Below, in pieces: positions 25,305 to 38,939 of a stretch of DNA of 64,000 bases (position 1 is the stretch's first letter; every line of letters starts with the position of its first letter). The stretch comes from Octopus vulgaris. Taxonomy: Eukaryota. The notes under the pieces were generated by a model. The model was not told where the DNA came from and did no database searches. It saw only the letters and a list, made by a program, of their open reading frames with translations. The stretch is from contig OX597824.1 in the NCBI GenBank assembly GCA_951406725.2, positions 54,622,001 through 54,686,000 on the forward strand, read 5' to 3'. The position numbers and the translations under genes are program-made.

Positions 25305-28300
25305 TCAGTTGTTCGGCAAAAAACCCCATATCTGCCACCTCCGAACACTGTACGATCGCGTGCAAGACGGTTTCCCTGTCCCGCCCACACCTCGGACAGG
25401 TCGGGCTGACTTGGCCACCATGCCTTGCGAGTTTGTCCCGAACAGGTAAGGCTCCTCGGTAACACTGCCAAGCCAAGGACTTCTGAAAATTATCCAGGGT
25501 CCTCGGCCCGAATGTACGTTGGAACAGACTGGCCAGCTGATTATCGTTGAAACCTAGGGTTTCCCCTAGTGTATCATCGCTACCGGCCTCTACAAACCCT
25601 CTATAGAAAACAGTGGTAGAACCACTGCCGCAGGCATTGCCCGAGCAACGGAATAGTCGGAGTGCCTTGCGACACTCCGTATACCATGAACCCAACTTCG
25701 ATCTGCGATTATACCAGGCTTCCCGTCCACCGAAACTGGTGAACTTGGGAAACATCTGTTTCGCCAGCGGAGACCACACCCGTTCACCATCCAGATGGAG
25801 CCACCGATGCCTTAACCTCAGCGCATTTCTGCGCATCATTAGCCACGGCATCCCTAGTCCACCCTTTAACGGTTTTTGACAACAAATAGAGCGTCTCACA
25901 AGTGGTTTCGAGCCCTTCCACAAGAAGTGAAAGAGCTGTCTTTCCAGCTTAGTCAACCACGAATCCGTCAAGGCACGACGGCAAGGCAGTAGGTGATCAC
26001 CGATGCGATAAACACATTGGCTACCTCCGTCCTACTTTTCAGGGATAACCACCGCCAAGACCTGGTCTTGGCTACTGCAGCCACCCTGCTCGATACCTCG
26101 CTCCAGTTCTTCTCTATTTGGAGGTCTGGTCCAAACCAAACCCCGAGCAACTTAATCGGGCCCTCCGTCCAACATCCCACGACGCTGTCTGGAGGTATTG
26201 ACTTGCCTCTCCAGGTGCCGAGTTTCAAGCCGACCGACTTTTCATGATTAACTTTTGCTCCTGTCACCCTCTCGTAAACCTCTATGGCCTTGCCTACTTT
26301 ACGTAGGAGGTCCACTTCGGTCACGATGATAGTGATGTCATCCACGTACGCCGAAACCGACATTTCACGACCTGGCTGCCTCGGGATGCCACTCAGTTTT
26401 CGCAGCAGTGGCTCAAGAGCCACTACATACAAAAGCGGGGAGAGTGGGCATCCCTGACGAACCGAGTGTTTGACTCTGAACGGCTTAGAAAGAAAGCCGT
26501 TCACCCGAACTACCGAGTCGACGTTGTCGTACATTTCAATGATCCACCTGAGGAAGCCAAGACCCAGGCCGAACTGAGCCAGAACGGACACCAGGTAATG
26601 ATGGTCGACCCTATCGAAAGCTTTTGGTTGGGCTAAATGGACCACTGCCCCTCCCTTGCCGGGATCGTTATTAATTCCCTCTATAGTGTATCTAATGAGA
26701 TGGAGATTATCCTGAATGGACCTGCCCGGTACGGCACACGTTTGTGCCTTCCCAATCAGTTCGATAACACTTTGGCCAAAATCTTCAGCTCTGCGTTAAG
26801 CAGAGTGATGGGCCTAAAATTATCAATGACATCCCCCTTGTTCGGGTCCTTCCTGACTAGTGTCACCACTCCCCGGCGCACAGATCTGGGAATAAAACCA
26901 TTCTGTTGCCAGTTTGCGTAGACGTTCACCAGTAAGTCCCCGAACAAGTCCGGCATACTCTTGTAAAGCTCGTAGGGCAGACCATCCAGTCCCGGCGCCT
27001 TACCCGCACCGCAGTCAACCATTGCCTCTATTACCTCCTCAGGTGTGATCGGCTCCTCACTACACTTCGCGTCCCGCTCCGAGAGGCGCAGCAGCCCGTC
27101 GAGGAGGTCCGTTAGGTCCCTCCTCCTATCCGGTCCGCCGCTCCCCCCAAAGAGCTGGGCGAAGTGGTCCTGAAAAGCTTGACACATTTCCTCGGGCTCA
27201 TCTATCAACTTACCCTGTTGGTTCATCAGAGATCGAATTATAGCATCGTTGCCACGTTGGGTTTCCACCACTCGGGCCCATCCTGCGGCCTTGATTCCTT
27301 CGCTCCCCATTGCACGTTGTCTAGCCCTGACAATGCAACCTATGTGTTTGGCTTCGAGGTGCTGATTTAAAACCAGTCTCTTGACCTTCACCTGAGCCGC
27401 AGTGCCAGTTCGCATTGCTTCCTCTAAGTCTTTAACTAGTGTTGATTCCTTTCTAGCCTCTCTAGCTACCAGATCTATACTATACCTAATAGACTCGTAT
27501 CTGATGGCTCGCTTGAGGGCATACCATCATTTGTTGTTAATAATGGATCCGGTCATGGCCCTCTGAATCATTAACCTAATCCTGTCACTGTACTCCTTAA
27601 TCACCAAGAGGGACGTATTAAGTTTCCAGTAACCAGGACCTCTATTCGTCTTATCTATGTCTAGCCTACAGGTGACCATCTTGTGGTCACTGTAGCTGAC
27701 CATGTGGAGCTGTGGACTCTTATCTAGTTTTCTATCTACTTTTCTAATTAGTATCCTGTCTCTGTATGACTTGGAAGATCCGTCGCTGCTTGACCATGTC
27801 CACAATGGAGCGTTCGGATGTTCCAGTCTATATGGATCTACCAGCTCAAAACGTCTTAGTAGATCCTGGAAGCAAGCATTTCCTTTCCTATCTGTACGCG
27901 AGCCTTCACAGTCTACCCGCACATCGCAGATTGTGTTGAAGTCTCCTAAAATTACTAAAGGGTGCGATGTACTCAGAAACTTCTCAAGGTTCTGAAAATA
28001 ATCACTTTGCCCCTTATGGTTGGGTGCGTAAACCGCAACCAGCCTGTTTAACTTACGACTACTGAACATCAAATCAACGACGACCAGCCTACCTTCTGGA
28101 TCTGAAAAAATCAACTTTTCCTCAGAAACCCGGTTCTTTTTACCCAGGACCAACACCCCGCTTCCGCCGGCCGACGGGTTCGGAGAGATAATTCTCTCGT
28201 AACCGTCGAACAGCGGGAGCAGATCTCTTGGCCCCTTTAACCGGGTTTCTGTGGCAACAACAACATCTAAATCTCATGACCTGATGTCATTTAGGAGGCG

Positions 28301-30230
28301 CCCTTGCTTCCAGTTCAACATCAGGCCACGCACATTTATACACCTTACATAAATACGAGACATTACTTACCTTTTCAGTTTTTTTTCTCTGGTGGTCGTG
28401 GGGGGAAGTCCGCTTTAAATAATGACTCGTGCAGGTCGAGTCGCGGACCATTAATGTCCCCCCGGGTACTCCTCTCTTATTATATTAAAGTTCATCCTGT
28501 CGATTTTGTACACCTTAACGTTTTTGGGGAGTACCCTGTGTGTCTGAATTTTGTTTGCCGTTGGGATTTTATCTATTTGGTTTTTTAGTCTATCGTTTTC
28601 TGTATTTATGGAGACAAATACTGTCTCGAATTCAATTTTGTGGGGGTGATGGGGAGGACAGCGGGGAGTATGATGGGGAGGAACACGGGGAGGAGTTTGG
28701 GAGGGGAGGGAATTGCTCGGCACTGGGGGGTGGGGGTGGTTCGGGTTGATCTGGGGGGGTTCTTCTCTTTTTTCTCTTTTTGTGGGAAACCGTGGTTGGG
28801 TGGGGTAGATTTCCCCCCTGTGTGTTTGATTTCTTTTTATTTGTACATGGGATGGGTGGGTTTGTGTCAACATTTTTTCTCTTAGGTGTTTTCTTTTGCC
28901 TCACCAACGTGAAGACATTTTCATCTTCCTTTGGTTTTTCTTCCTCCATCTCTTTACTCTTCTTCTCCACTTCTTCTGCCCTTCTTTTTTCTTCTTCTTT
29001 CTTGCGGGTGGGGCATTCCATACGGATGTGTCATTTTTAGCATCGAGGCTTTCGCCCCTCCACCACCACCCGCAAGTTAATTTCCTCGCCGAATTGGATG
29101 CTCTCTGGGACCTCCTCCAGCGTTTCTGGGGCTGCCTGTATTATTATATGTAGTGTCTGGCCTCTCCAATTTTCTTTTTTTATCTTTGTGATATTTACCA
29201 CTCTTATTTTTCTCTCCAGCCCCATTAATAAGGCTGGAAGCAACCACTTCACCTCAATTTCTGGGGGTATGTCTTCGATCCTTATTTTTGATGTTCTTCT
29301 CCCCAAATAGGAGGGTAGAAGAATTATCTCGTTCATTTTGATTGGGGTTAAGGAATGCTTTTTCGCCATTTCCTCGTCTCTAAAGTACACCTCTATAGTG
29401 GCGTACTTCTTCCCCCACGTCACATAATCCACGTCGTTCCATACTGGTTGAAGGCACTTCTCCGCTTGTTCCTTTGACACCTTCTCGATCTTTTTTTCTT
29501 TTATTATATATGACTTGTAAATTATAATTCTTTTTAGAGTTTCCTCTCTAATTACTAGTGGGAGGGCTGCTTTTACATTGTTCCCCTCCCTTGTGAACAT
29601 GGTTTTATAACTCTCGTAGTCTATCTCTTCCATCTTAATTTCTTCCGTTTTCCTTCCTGCAGCGGCTGCGAAATTGTATGTTATAGTCTTATCATTTTGT
29701 TTTCCTTTGGAAGGCGAACCTTCAATCACTTTGGCTGCTTTCACAGCTTCATCAGAAGGCGAACCTTCAACAACTTTATCTGTTATTACAGCTTTATCAG
29801 AAGGCGAATCTTCAACAACTTTCAATTTGGTTGCATCTATTTCAGACGTATTTTTGGCAATTTTTGATGTAGGCGAACCTACTACAGTTTCTTTTGAAGG
29901 CGTACCTTCGTCAGACATTTTTTTTCCAGACATTTTTTCAGATGAAAAAATGTTTTCTTTGTTCGTTTTTTTAAAGAATTGTGGGGATTTTTTTTGGGTG
30001 TGTGTTTTGTTGTGCCACAACGCACAGCACTTTCCCTCCTTACGGAGGGGAATAACAATGTTTTTCTGGTTCAAAACCAATAACAGTTCAAAATAACACT
30101 TTTTAACAAAACAATTTTTTAACAAGAATTCAACACAAATTCATACAACAATATTCAAGAAACAGACCGACAAAGACTTACGTGGATTTTAACAAGGCAA
30201 AAAGCCAAAAGACCAACTGCCTTACAGCGA
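25305..30230 (-). mobile_element. Tx1/L1-clade LINE with ORF1 and ORF2, near full length, decayed
   Basis: ORF1 29037-30125 plus 28632-29021 (broken zinc knuckle RKPRC..HIRMECP); ORF2 starts at ATG 28363 (MSRIYVRCINVRGL), then GDFN, SDHK, GYWKLN, APGLDGLP, RQGCPLSP, YVDD and C-terminal CPRC..ETVLHAIVQC; boundaries approximate. Confidence 0.88.
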
Positions 30231-30424
30231 TTTATGATGTCTATTTATACAAAAATATCAGCAGTGATGTTTAGCCAGTGTCCAATAGAATGGCAGATAG
30301 GTAGCTTTTGTCCAATGAAAGGTCAGGCAAGTCGCTGGGGGTAGTTGCTTTGTTTTCTCTGCTGCTGGCAGATGTATTTCCGGTGTCCCTGCAAGTTACT
30401 TCCGATGACTGTACATATATATAC

Positions 30425-30484
<60 letters not shown>

Positions 30485-30654
30485 CGTCTCTAGTAATAAT
30501 AAATCGATAATTGAGAGAATAAGGAAGAAAATTAATAGATTTTTCAAGGATTTCAACTTTGGCAACACCATATAGTTAACTTTCTAGATGTTACCTTAGA
30601 CTAAAACTCAAATTTATATTACCCATATAGAAAAGATGGTGAAGTTACTAGATA

Positions 30655-31938
30655 CGAGGGGCGTTCAATAAGTAATGCCCCTGACCCACTTCCCATAGCA
30701 GTAGAGCAAGGAAACTTGGCACAGTTATTAGTCTTTTTCTACATAGAAACCTCCCAGAGTTACGCATTTCTCCCATCGTTTGATGCAGCTCTGGAGACCG
30801 TTTTTGTAGAAGACCCCAGCTTGGTCCTTCAACCACGACGTGACTTCAGAAATCAAGGCTTCATCATCTGGGAAACGCTTTCCTTTCAAAAACAACTTCA
30901 TGGCTGGGAAGAGGTGAAAATCAGAGGGTGCAAGGTCAGGGAGGAATTCATAGCCACATGCCTGTGCTTCTGATCTGGCAACACGCGAGTTGTGGACCGG
31001 AGTGTTGTCCTGCAGGAGGAGGATGCCTTTGCTGATCTTGCCCCGCCTCTTGATTTTGATAGCTTCTCTTAATTTCCTCAGAAGTGAAGCATAATAGGCT
31101 CCTGTAATTGTGGTACCCTTTGCCAGGAAATCTGTCATCACTACTCCGTCCTGGTCCCAGAAGACTGTGAGCATGACCTTGCCAGTGGAGGGCTGCACCC
31201 TTGCCTTCTTTGGAGGAGGTGAGTCACGGTGCTTCCACTGCATTGACTGGGCTTTGGTCTCTGGATCATAGTGATGGACCCAGGTTTTATCCTGTGTAAT
31301 CAGTCTTTTGAAAAAGTTTGACTCATCTTCTTGGCACATCTCCAAATTCATCCTCGAGCACTCGACGCGTTCTTGCTTCTGGAAAGGTGTGAGCAACCTG
31401 GGAATCCATCTGGCAGACACCTTTTGCATATGCAAATGGTCATGAATGATAGTTTCCACAGACTCGGTACTAATCTTGACCTCATGGGCTATTTGGCGAA
31501 TAGTTATGCGTCGATCTTCCAAAATGGCAGCCTCAACTTGACGGACAGATGCCTCATTAATGGCAGAAGGGGGGCGACCAGATCTGGGAGCTGTTTCCAC
31601 AGAGTTCCGACCATGTTTAAATTCACGATGCCAGCGTTTTACAAGGTCATATGATGGGGCATCATCACCATAAGTTACTTTCATTTCACCAAAAGTCTCC
31701 CGTGGTGTGCGTCCTTTCAAATACAAAAACCGGATCACTGCTCGACACTCAACAGGCTTCATTTCAGACTTGACTCAGTTCAAACACCTGTAAATCAGAA
31801 ATCACAGAAATCACAATTAGTTCAGAGCTGTAATTTGCCACTTAATCTATAGAGATATAAATAATTGCACATGCAAAATTTCTGCTAGATCAAACAACTG
31901 CAAGTGGGTCAGGGGTATTACTTAGTGAACGTCCCTCG
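30655..31938 (-). mobile_element. Complete mariner transposon, 1284 bp, 37-bp TIRs, TA target duplication
   Basis: TA|CGAGGGGCGTTCAATAAG... and ...CTTAGTGAACGTCCCTCG|TA; TIRs differ at 3 of 37 positions. Confidence 0.95.
30728..31762 (-). CDS. mariner transposase, 344 aa, missing HPPYSP
   Basis: Uninterrupted ORF with WIPR, TQDKTW, LQDN and LAPSDF motifs. Confidence 0.9.
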   Translation of the reverse strand: MKPVECRAVIRFLYLKGRTPRETFGEMKVTYGDDAPSYDLVKRWHREFKHGRNSVETAPRSGRPPSAINEASVRQVEAAILEDRRITIRQIAHEVKISTESVETIIHDHLHMQKVSARWIPRLLTPFQKQERVECSRMNLEMCQEDESNFFKRLITQDKTWVHHYDPETKAQSMQWKHRDSPPPKKARVQPSTGKVMLTVFWDQDGVVMTDFLAKGTTITGAYYASLLRKLREAIKIKRRGKISKGILLLQDNTPVHNSRVARSEAQACGYEFLPDLAPSDFHLFPAMKLFLKGKRFPDDEALISEVTSWLKDQAGVFYKNGLQSCIKRWEKCVTLGGFYVEKD

Positions 31939-32627
31939 TATGTAAACAAATTATCAATAGTTAAATCAATAGTGAAAGGTATTTCAAAGAGAATTTCAAA
32001 ATTTCCATCTAACAATGAAATTTTTAATTCTCACTCACATCATTACAATGTTGCTTTATCTGGAGCTGGATATGACCAGGAAATCACCTTCCTAGATCTT
32101 GATAATGTAAATCTTTCAAATGAAAAAATGAATGAAAATAGTTCAAATAATATAGAATCTTCTATTTAAAAAAAATATAAATCAACTGAAATGGGTAACT
32201 TAGTAGATAAACCTGATACAATAAATAGAAATGGTAAACAGGTCATAAATAAGTATAAAAAGGTTAAACTAGATAAAACAAATATAAATAATAATATAAA
32301 AATCTCTCCCACAGAGAAAACCTAATAAATATAAATATAAAACTAAAGAGAATAACGAATCTCTAAAGGATATAGATAACATTAATCTTTCCCACCCTTA
32401 CTCAAATAAAAAATTCAAAAGAAAAAATGTTGTATGGTTAAATATCCCCTTAAACTGGGCAATTTCTACGAACATATATGGCAAATTTATGTCTATACTT
32501 GAAAAAAACTTCCCTGCTTCCCATAAATATTATAAAATAATTTCTAATAAATCAGTAAGATATGGGTACCATAATAGCTAGAGTAAATAGAAAAAATATT
32601 AAGTTAGCTAGAAATGGAATAAATAGT

Positions 32628-32697
32628 AACAACAACAACAACAACAATAATAATAATAATAATAATAATGATATTATTATAATAATAATAATGATAT

Positions 32698-32738
<41 letters not shown>

Positions 32739-32740
32739 CA
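32628..32740. repeat. (AAC)/(AAT)n microsatellite inside the Penelope linker
   Basis: Direct inspection. Confidence 0.9.
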
Positions 32741-34744
32741 TTAGTATAAGCAATAATTATACTAATATCAATAATATAAATGATAAAAATAAAAATGTGG
32801 AAAGTGAGGAAATTAGGAAAAGATTAGTAACAAAAACCCTAACTTACATAACAATATAATTATAGATAAGAGAAATAACACTAATGCTAATAATAGCTCT
32901 AGTAATGAAAATGAAAACAGCTTGTTCCTAAATAGTACTAATATCAGGAATCATCCCCCCAGTTGTAATTGTAGAATTAGATCAAAATGTCTGGTATCTG
33001 GTCGTTGTCAGGTTCAAAATGTAATTTATAAATGTACAATAATGACTTTAAATAATAGCTATCTTTATTTCGGATGTTCAATAGACCTAAAGAAACGTTT
33101 GAAGAATCATTTTTCTTCTTTTAGACTTAAACATAAGGCGGGTTGCACAATGTTGTCCAGTAAAATTTGGGAACTGAAAGAAAAAAATATCGAATTTAAC
33201 CTAAAATGGGATATAATAAGAAAGGCACAGCCTTATAAAAATAGTAGGGATGGATGTAAACTTTGTTCTATGGAGACATATGAAATTTTAAAACATAGGA
33301 ATAATACAAACTTATTGAATAACCATTCCGAACTGTGAGCATCCTGTATACATTGTGCAACCCGTACATTTAAGTATTTTAAATAATAACATTCTGACCA
33401 TTCCTAAATTTTAAAATCTTAATATTTTGTAACCAAATAAGGAATTAATATACCATACTAGCTTTTATTTAACCTGCATAGATTAGTAAGAAATTTCATT
33501 ATATAAATAAATTTGAATTTAATGAAATTAGAATTTTTTTGATACTCTCCTATATGGGATTGCAAAAAAAATCTGTAGATCTAGGGAAATTACTTGGTTC
33601 ATCTTGATTACCTCCCTTCCATTACTTTTTAATATATCTTATTGACTTCTGATATATGTGCTAAGTTTTTTTTTTCCACACTTAGTAAATATTGTCTAAC
33701 ATATTCTTTTAATTCAACTCATTAATAAAATAAATCACCATTTACTAGCTAACTATGATTCTATATTAAAAGAAATGGATATATATATATAGTTATATAA
33801 ATATGAAATGATTTCTATATTTCCTATCCCTATATAAGATACTAATATTTATTGAAATCCCTTAGAAAATTATCTAAAGGATATTTACCTAAAATTCTTA
33901 ATATAGAATTTGGCTTTTAAATGGTAAGAGACATTGAAAAACCTCTTGAGCATTAGCAGTCTCTATTCCCCCTACACCACTAACTTCAGCCTACTAATTT
34001 TTGCTATAATACATTCAAATATATCTAAACTGAATTCTTCGAAATGAGGATGGGTTTATGGCTTTGACATTTGTACTACCCATTCTTTTATCTATAAATA
34101 GAAAAAATCCTTGTTTGTCTCCATTCAACCAAGAATTTAAAAAAAACCCTCCCCACTGAAAGATCTAAATAACAAAGTGAACTCAATGATAAAATCTACA
34201 GACAGAGAATGAACATACTACTATCATGTTCTTAAGAATGAAATTAATTTCTCTGTCTATATATCTACCCTCTTTATAATGTTGGCAAATGAAATAGGAA
34301 TAAGAATGTGCATTGTCCGTTTAATTGGAAAATTATATATGTGGATGAAGATTGCTCGATATTTTAAAACTGATGTAATACTTACAGTGTTTAATAAAAT
34401 GAAGAAGCATGAAACAATTGTACTACTCTACCTTGGATATCCTTGTTGCTTATTTTGATTATACATACATCTATATATATACATCTATATATATATACAT
34501 CTATATATATACATTTGTGCAGATGTATACATACATATATATATTTAATCAAAATAAGCAACGAGGATATCCAATACTTACCATTGTCCCTCTATTGTGT
34601 GAAATTTTTGATATATACTGAAAGTATTCAAAAATATTCTTCTTAGTATTCTTTAGACTAACTCTAAAATGTATTTGTGTAAATACAAATAACATTGTTT
34701 TATAGTAGGTAAATGTACTGCTACTATATGAAATCATTCTCCCT

Positions 34745-34892
34745 GGCGCAGAAGTGGCTGTGTGGTAAGTAGCTTGCTTACCAACCACATGGTTCCGGGT
34801 TCAGTCCCACTGTGTGGCATCTTGGGCAAGTGTCTTCTGCTATAGCCTTGTGAGTGGATTTGGTAGACGGAAACTGAGAGAAGCCTGTCATA

Positions 34893-34949
<57 letters not shown>

Positions 34950-35140
34950 ATGTTTGTGTGTTTGTGTTTGTCCCCCTAGCATTGCTTGACAACCGATGCT
35001 GGTGTGTTTACGTCCCCGTCACTAAGCGGTTAAGTACTGGGCTTACAAAGAATGTCCCGGGGTCGATTCACTTGACTAAAGGCGGTGCTCCAGCATGGCC
35101 GCAGTCAAATGACTGAAACAAGTAAAAGAGTAAAGAGAGT
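34745..35140 (+). mobile_element. tRNA-derived SINE with internal (TA)n
   Basis: A box TGGCTGTGTGG, B box GGTTCAGTCCC; 3' end CCAGCATGGCCGCAGTC..TGACTGAAAC also seen at ~16020-16055 and ~25025-25060. Confidence 0.8.
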
Positions 35141-35560
35141 CCCATAAGCATTGGTCTACAAAATAGCAGCTAAAAATCTTGTCTGAAGTATATTCTTACT
35201 GAACCAAATGGCTTTGCTTCAAAGAAATCTTGATGTATGACTTTGCCACTTAAATTGTCTATCTATTTTGCCCTATCCATAAATGATACTACACTCTGTC
35301 TTCTCTTAGATTTGATAAACTAGCCTATAAATTAAAACTGAGCCCCCCACCCCACCCCACCCCACCCCACCCCACCCCACCCCATTAGTAAATCTAAATA
35401 ACAGAAATAATCAGTGTTAAGCAGTGTCTTTTTTGAAAAATCTCAGTTACAACTGTGATGTTGGTAAAACATGTTCTTTGTCTATCTCCTTATCCTCTTG
35501 GTGATTTTGGATAAAATTATACGAATGAGTCCTTCGAATTTAACTAAATTCTATATTTTT

Positions 35561-35649
35561 ATGCAGCTGAAGATTGCTCTACATTTTAAATTGATGTAAT
35601 GTTTGCATTATTCAATTAAATGGAGTTGCATGAAACGATCGTACTGCAT
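35561..35649 (+). ncRNA. Type I hammerhead ribozyme in the Penelope terminal repeat
   Basis: AUGCAG-CUGAAGA-U-UGC...GCA-U-GAAA-CGAUCG-UA-CUGCAU: 6-bp stem I, core, long stem II insert, palindromic stem III, GUA triplet (cut after 35643); degenerate paralog at ~34340-34425. Confidence 0.78.
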
Positions 35650-36226
35650 TACCTCTGGATATCCTTGTTGCTTATTTTGATTATAATCACCTTATTTTAA
35701 ATTATATGGATAATACCATACTAAATTCTGGTGCCTTCAACTTAAGTACCGTATTCATCTGAATCTAAATTTTACTGAACTTATTTACCATACCTAGAGT
35801 ATTTTCTGGTACTTAATTTTCAACAGGATGGAAAAGGTTAATATAGAATTTTCTCAGGAATTCCCCTTACATAGTAAGGACACCTATATGTGGCTACTAA
35901 TCCATAGAACAAATGAATTTATTCGGCGAGTAAGATGGATTGCTTACCATCATGATGCTAAAAAGAAAAAGGAATCTCCTGAAACACATGAAAATAATTA
36001 TTATAAAAAGATATTCAAAAGTAGAAAAAATCCACTACTAGAAGTCATTGCATAATAAACCAGGCATCCTAGTCCCAGCTAATAAAACCGGAAACTTATA
36101 TAGGCTTGACTATACTACTTATAGTAAACTTATAATGAAAGAACTTAATGCTAAATACAAAATAGCATCGAAGAAGAATCTATTGGATATCAACTTGGAA
36201 ATTGAGAAGGTTATGATGGAATATAA

Positions 36227-36259
<33 letters not shown>

Positions 36260-37781
36260 GTGTGTGTGTGTATATATATATGCATAATATATATATATTG
36301 TATGTATGTATGTATGTGTATATGGATGTATGCCTGTATATATGTGAGATAATAGTTTCACTTTAATAGTTTCATTATTAAAGTGAAACTATTAAAGTAT
36401 CTTACATTACAATAGAGAGATGTTATTGTTTCACTTTTGACATGTAATACTGAAATAGTGGAGAAGATATGATATTGCTGTGGGCTTGCACTAGGCAAGA
36501 AGTTAAAACATTTTTGGCCTATGGCACTACATGAACCCTAAGTAAGGCATGTGTAAAATTTGAATGTAATTGGTTGTGTAGTTCTCAAGTTTTAGGGACT
36601 CACACAGACACACATTCTCATCTTCTCTATATATAAAACTGAAATGCGTTTTTACCGCTTGGATCGCTTTCAATGCCACTACATCCCGTCCGATTCGCTC
36701 CAAAATTTACAGGGACATGTAGAATGAGGTGACGATGCGCGTGGGCTACCTTAGAAATCCCTATCTTAAAAGGTGTGGTTGCTAGGGGCCATCTTCCTCA
36801 CTCACCCTACTTCCTCCAGTACTTTCTCACTCCTCTTCATTTGACAATGCCACTACGGTTATTTAATGTAAAGTCTTCCTCAAATCACTCTCTCGCTATT
36901 TCCTCTCTTCCAAGAACATTTTCATCACTCTATCTCTTAGCTTCCCATACATTTTACTCATGTATCTATCAGTTTCATAGACAGAAACAAATATTACATC
37001 GCCATCGCCATCGCATTCTATTGTCTACCTGTCAACACACACACACATATATACATATATCTAATATTATATTTTTATTTTTATGTTTTTGTTTTTGGTT
37101 TTTTACTGTTTCATTTCCCTATTAGTGGTTTTATCTCTAATTTAATTTCTACAGCGTGCACACACACACACACACACACCTATATGTGGCCCCAGTACAC
37201 CCGAATGAAATCGGGTTCTCTTCATCAAAATGTGAAAAGGTGTCTACAATTTATCATCGCCACAACTTATGTATGTCTTCCTCACTCACTCACTCTTTTT
37301 CCTAATGATAATTATCATCGCCACCACCAACACCACCAACACACAATCATGACAATCTTTCTCTTAAAAATCATGTTTACATTGCAAAATATTTCATTTT
37401 CCCGTCCTCTCTTTCATATATCACCTTTTCTTTCTCGAGCTCTCTCTTTTTTCGCCGTCTCTATTTATTCTACAACGAGTCTATCAATGACAGCCGCAAA
37501 AGTTTCAATATTCCTACTTCACCTCTTTCAGAAACGCAACAGATATTTTTTTTTTTGCCGGGGTTAAAGCCCACTACATCCCGTCGGATTCACTCCAAAA
37601 TTTACACCTTCTCTTTCTACCTCTAACTCCCATTCAATTTCTCTTTATCTCCATTCTTAAAGATAATTATCATCGCCACCACCACCAGCAACACACAATC
37701 TGGACAATCTTTCTCTTATAACAAATCATGTTTACATTGCAACGACGTCTGCCACCTCCGCCGTCTCTATTTATTCTGCAA

Positions 37782-37980
37782 ATGACCAGAACTCGGGAAA
37801 CTTGGTTTAGTGTTCTATGGTCTATGACCAGAACTCGGGAAACTTGCTTGACTGTTCTATGGTCTATGACCAGAAATCGGGAAACTTGGTTGACTGTTCT
37901 ATGGTCTATGACCAGAAATCGGGAAACTTGGTTGAGTGTTCTATGGTCTATGACCAGAACTTGGGAAACTTGGTTGAGTC
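37782..37980 (+). repeat. 42-bp minisatellite, ~4.7 copies
   Basis: Unit ATGACCAGAACTCGGGAAACTTGGTTGAGTGTTCTATGGTCT. Confidence 0.9.
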
Positions 37981-38559
37981 TTCATCTTATAAAATGTGGC
38001 CCCAGTAGACCCAAATGAAATCGGGTTATATTAACCAAAAGGTGAAAAGGGGTATAAATGGGGCTGGAAGGGATTAAAATTTAAAGGAGCGGGTGTTTAG
38101 CAATTCTCTGTTACATCAAGCTAAAAAATTTGCGTAGGGATTTTCTTTTACATCAAGTTCAAAATTTTACGCCAGCCGTTGAACTGTCAATACATTGCTG
38201 TCCGTCGTTAAGAAATGCCAGCCATGGTGACTCTACTATCCTCAAATTCTATCCCTTCAAACTTTGGTTTCCAATATTTTATTATTTTTATTCAGCTCGC
38301 AAGTTCGTCTGTCCCTTTTAAATGTTAGTGTTTTCTGTCTGCCTTGAAGCAGACCTTTCCTTTGTAACTGCCTGATATTCATGATTGATCTTTCTAAATA
38401 TTTTATTTCTCAACTTACTCAAGATCTTTTGTTGTTTATAAATGGGAGAGAGATACATAAAGATAGAGAGCAAGAGAAAGCGAGGGAGAGTCCGAGAGAA
38501 AGGAAGAGTAAGAGAGTGGGAAAGTGAGAGAGAAAGGAGAAAGAAACAAAGAGCGAGAA

Positions 38560-38872
38560 TCATCATCATCATCATCATCGTTTAACGTCCGTTTTCCGTG
38601 CTAGCACGGGTTGGACAGTTTGACAGGGGTCTGGGAAGCCAGGAGGCTGCACCAGGCTCCAGTCTGATCTGGCAGTGTTTCGACAGGTGGATGCCCTTCC
38701 TAACGCCAACCACTCTGTGAGCGTAGTGGGTGCTTTTTTGTGCCGCCTGCACAGGTGCCAGGCGGGCTGGCAGCGGCCACGATCGGTTGGTGCTTTTTAC
38801 GTGCCACCAGCACAGAAGCCAGTCAAGGCGGCGCTGCAATCCGCCACGTTCGGATGGTGCTTTTTACGTGCT
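38560..38872 (-). mobile_element. Short 3'-end insertion of the RTE-like LINE/SINE family with (GAT)n tail
   Basis: CATCATCATCGTTTAACGTCCG.. matches 22775 onward; carries the same GGATGGTGCTTTTTACGTGC repeat unit. Confidence 0.8.
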
Positions 38873-38939
38873 GAAAGGAAGCAACAGAAAGTAACAACCA
38901 CACTCTTACCCGCGCGTAGAGCGGGTCACCTTCAGCTAG

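Larger units (their letters stand above)
30481..36230 (+). mobile_element. Penelope-like element in partial-tandem arrangement, interrupted by a mariner and a SINE
   Basis: VNFLDVTL..YPYRK..RY|VNK thumb continues across the mariner into ORF 31972; GIY-YIG ORF 32922-33338 (CNCR..C..C..VIYKC..YFGC..RLKNH); repeated block ~34340/35560; new N-terminus at 35828 (TNEFIRRVRW). Confidence 0.82.
36624..38939 (+). mobile_element. Non-autonomous Helitron, copy 1
   Basis: 5' TCTCTATATATAAAA; 3' hairpin ACCCGC-GCGTAGA-GCGGGT (38908-38926) followed by CTAG; contains a 42-bp minisatellite and a LINE-tail insertion. Confidence 0.8.

Noticed and set aside
37728-38018. Repeat-protein ORFs (MTRTRETW..)
   Set aside because: Translation of a 42-bp minisatellite inside a Helitron.
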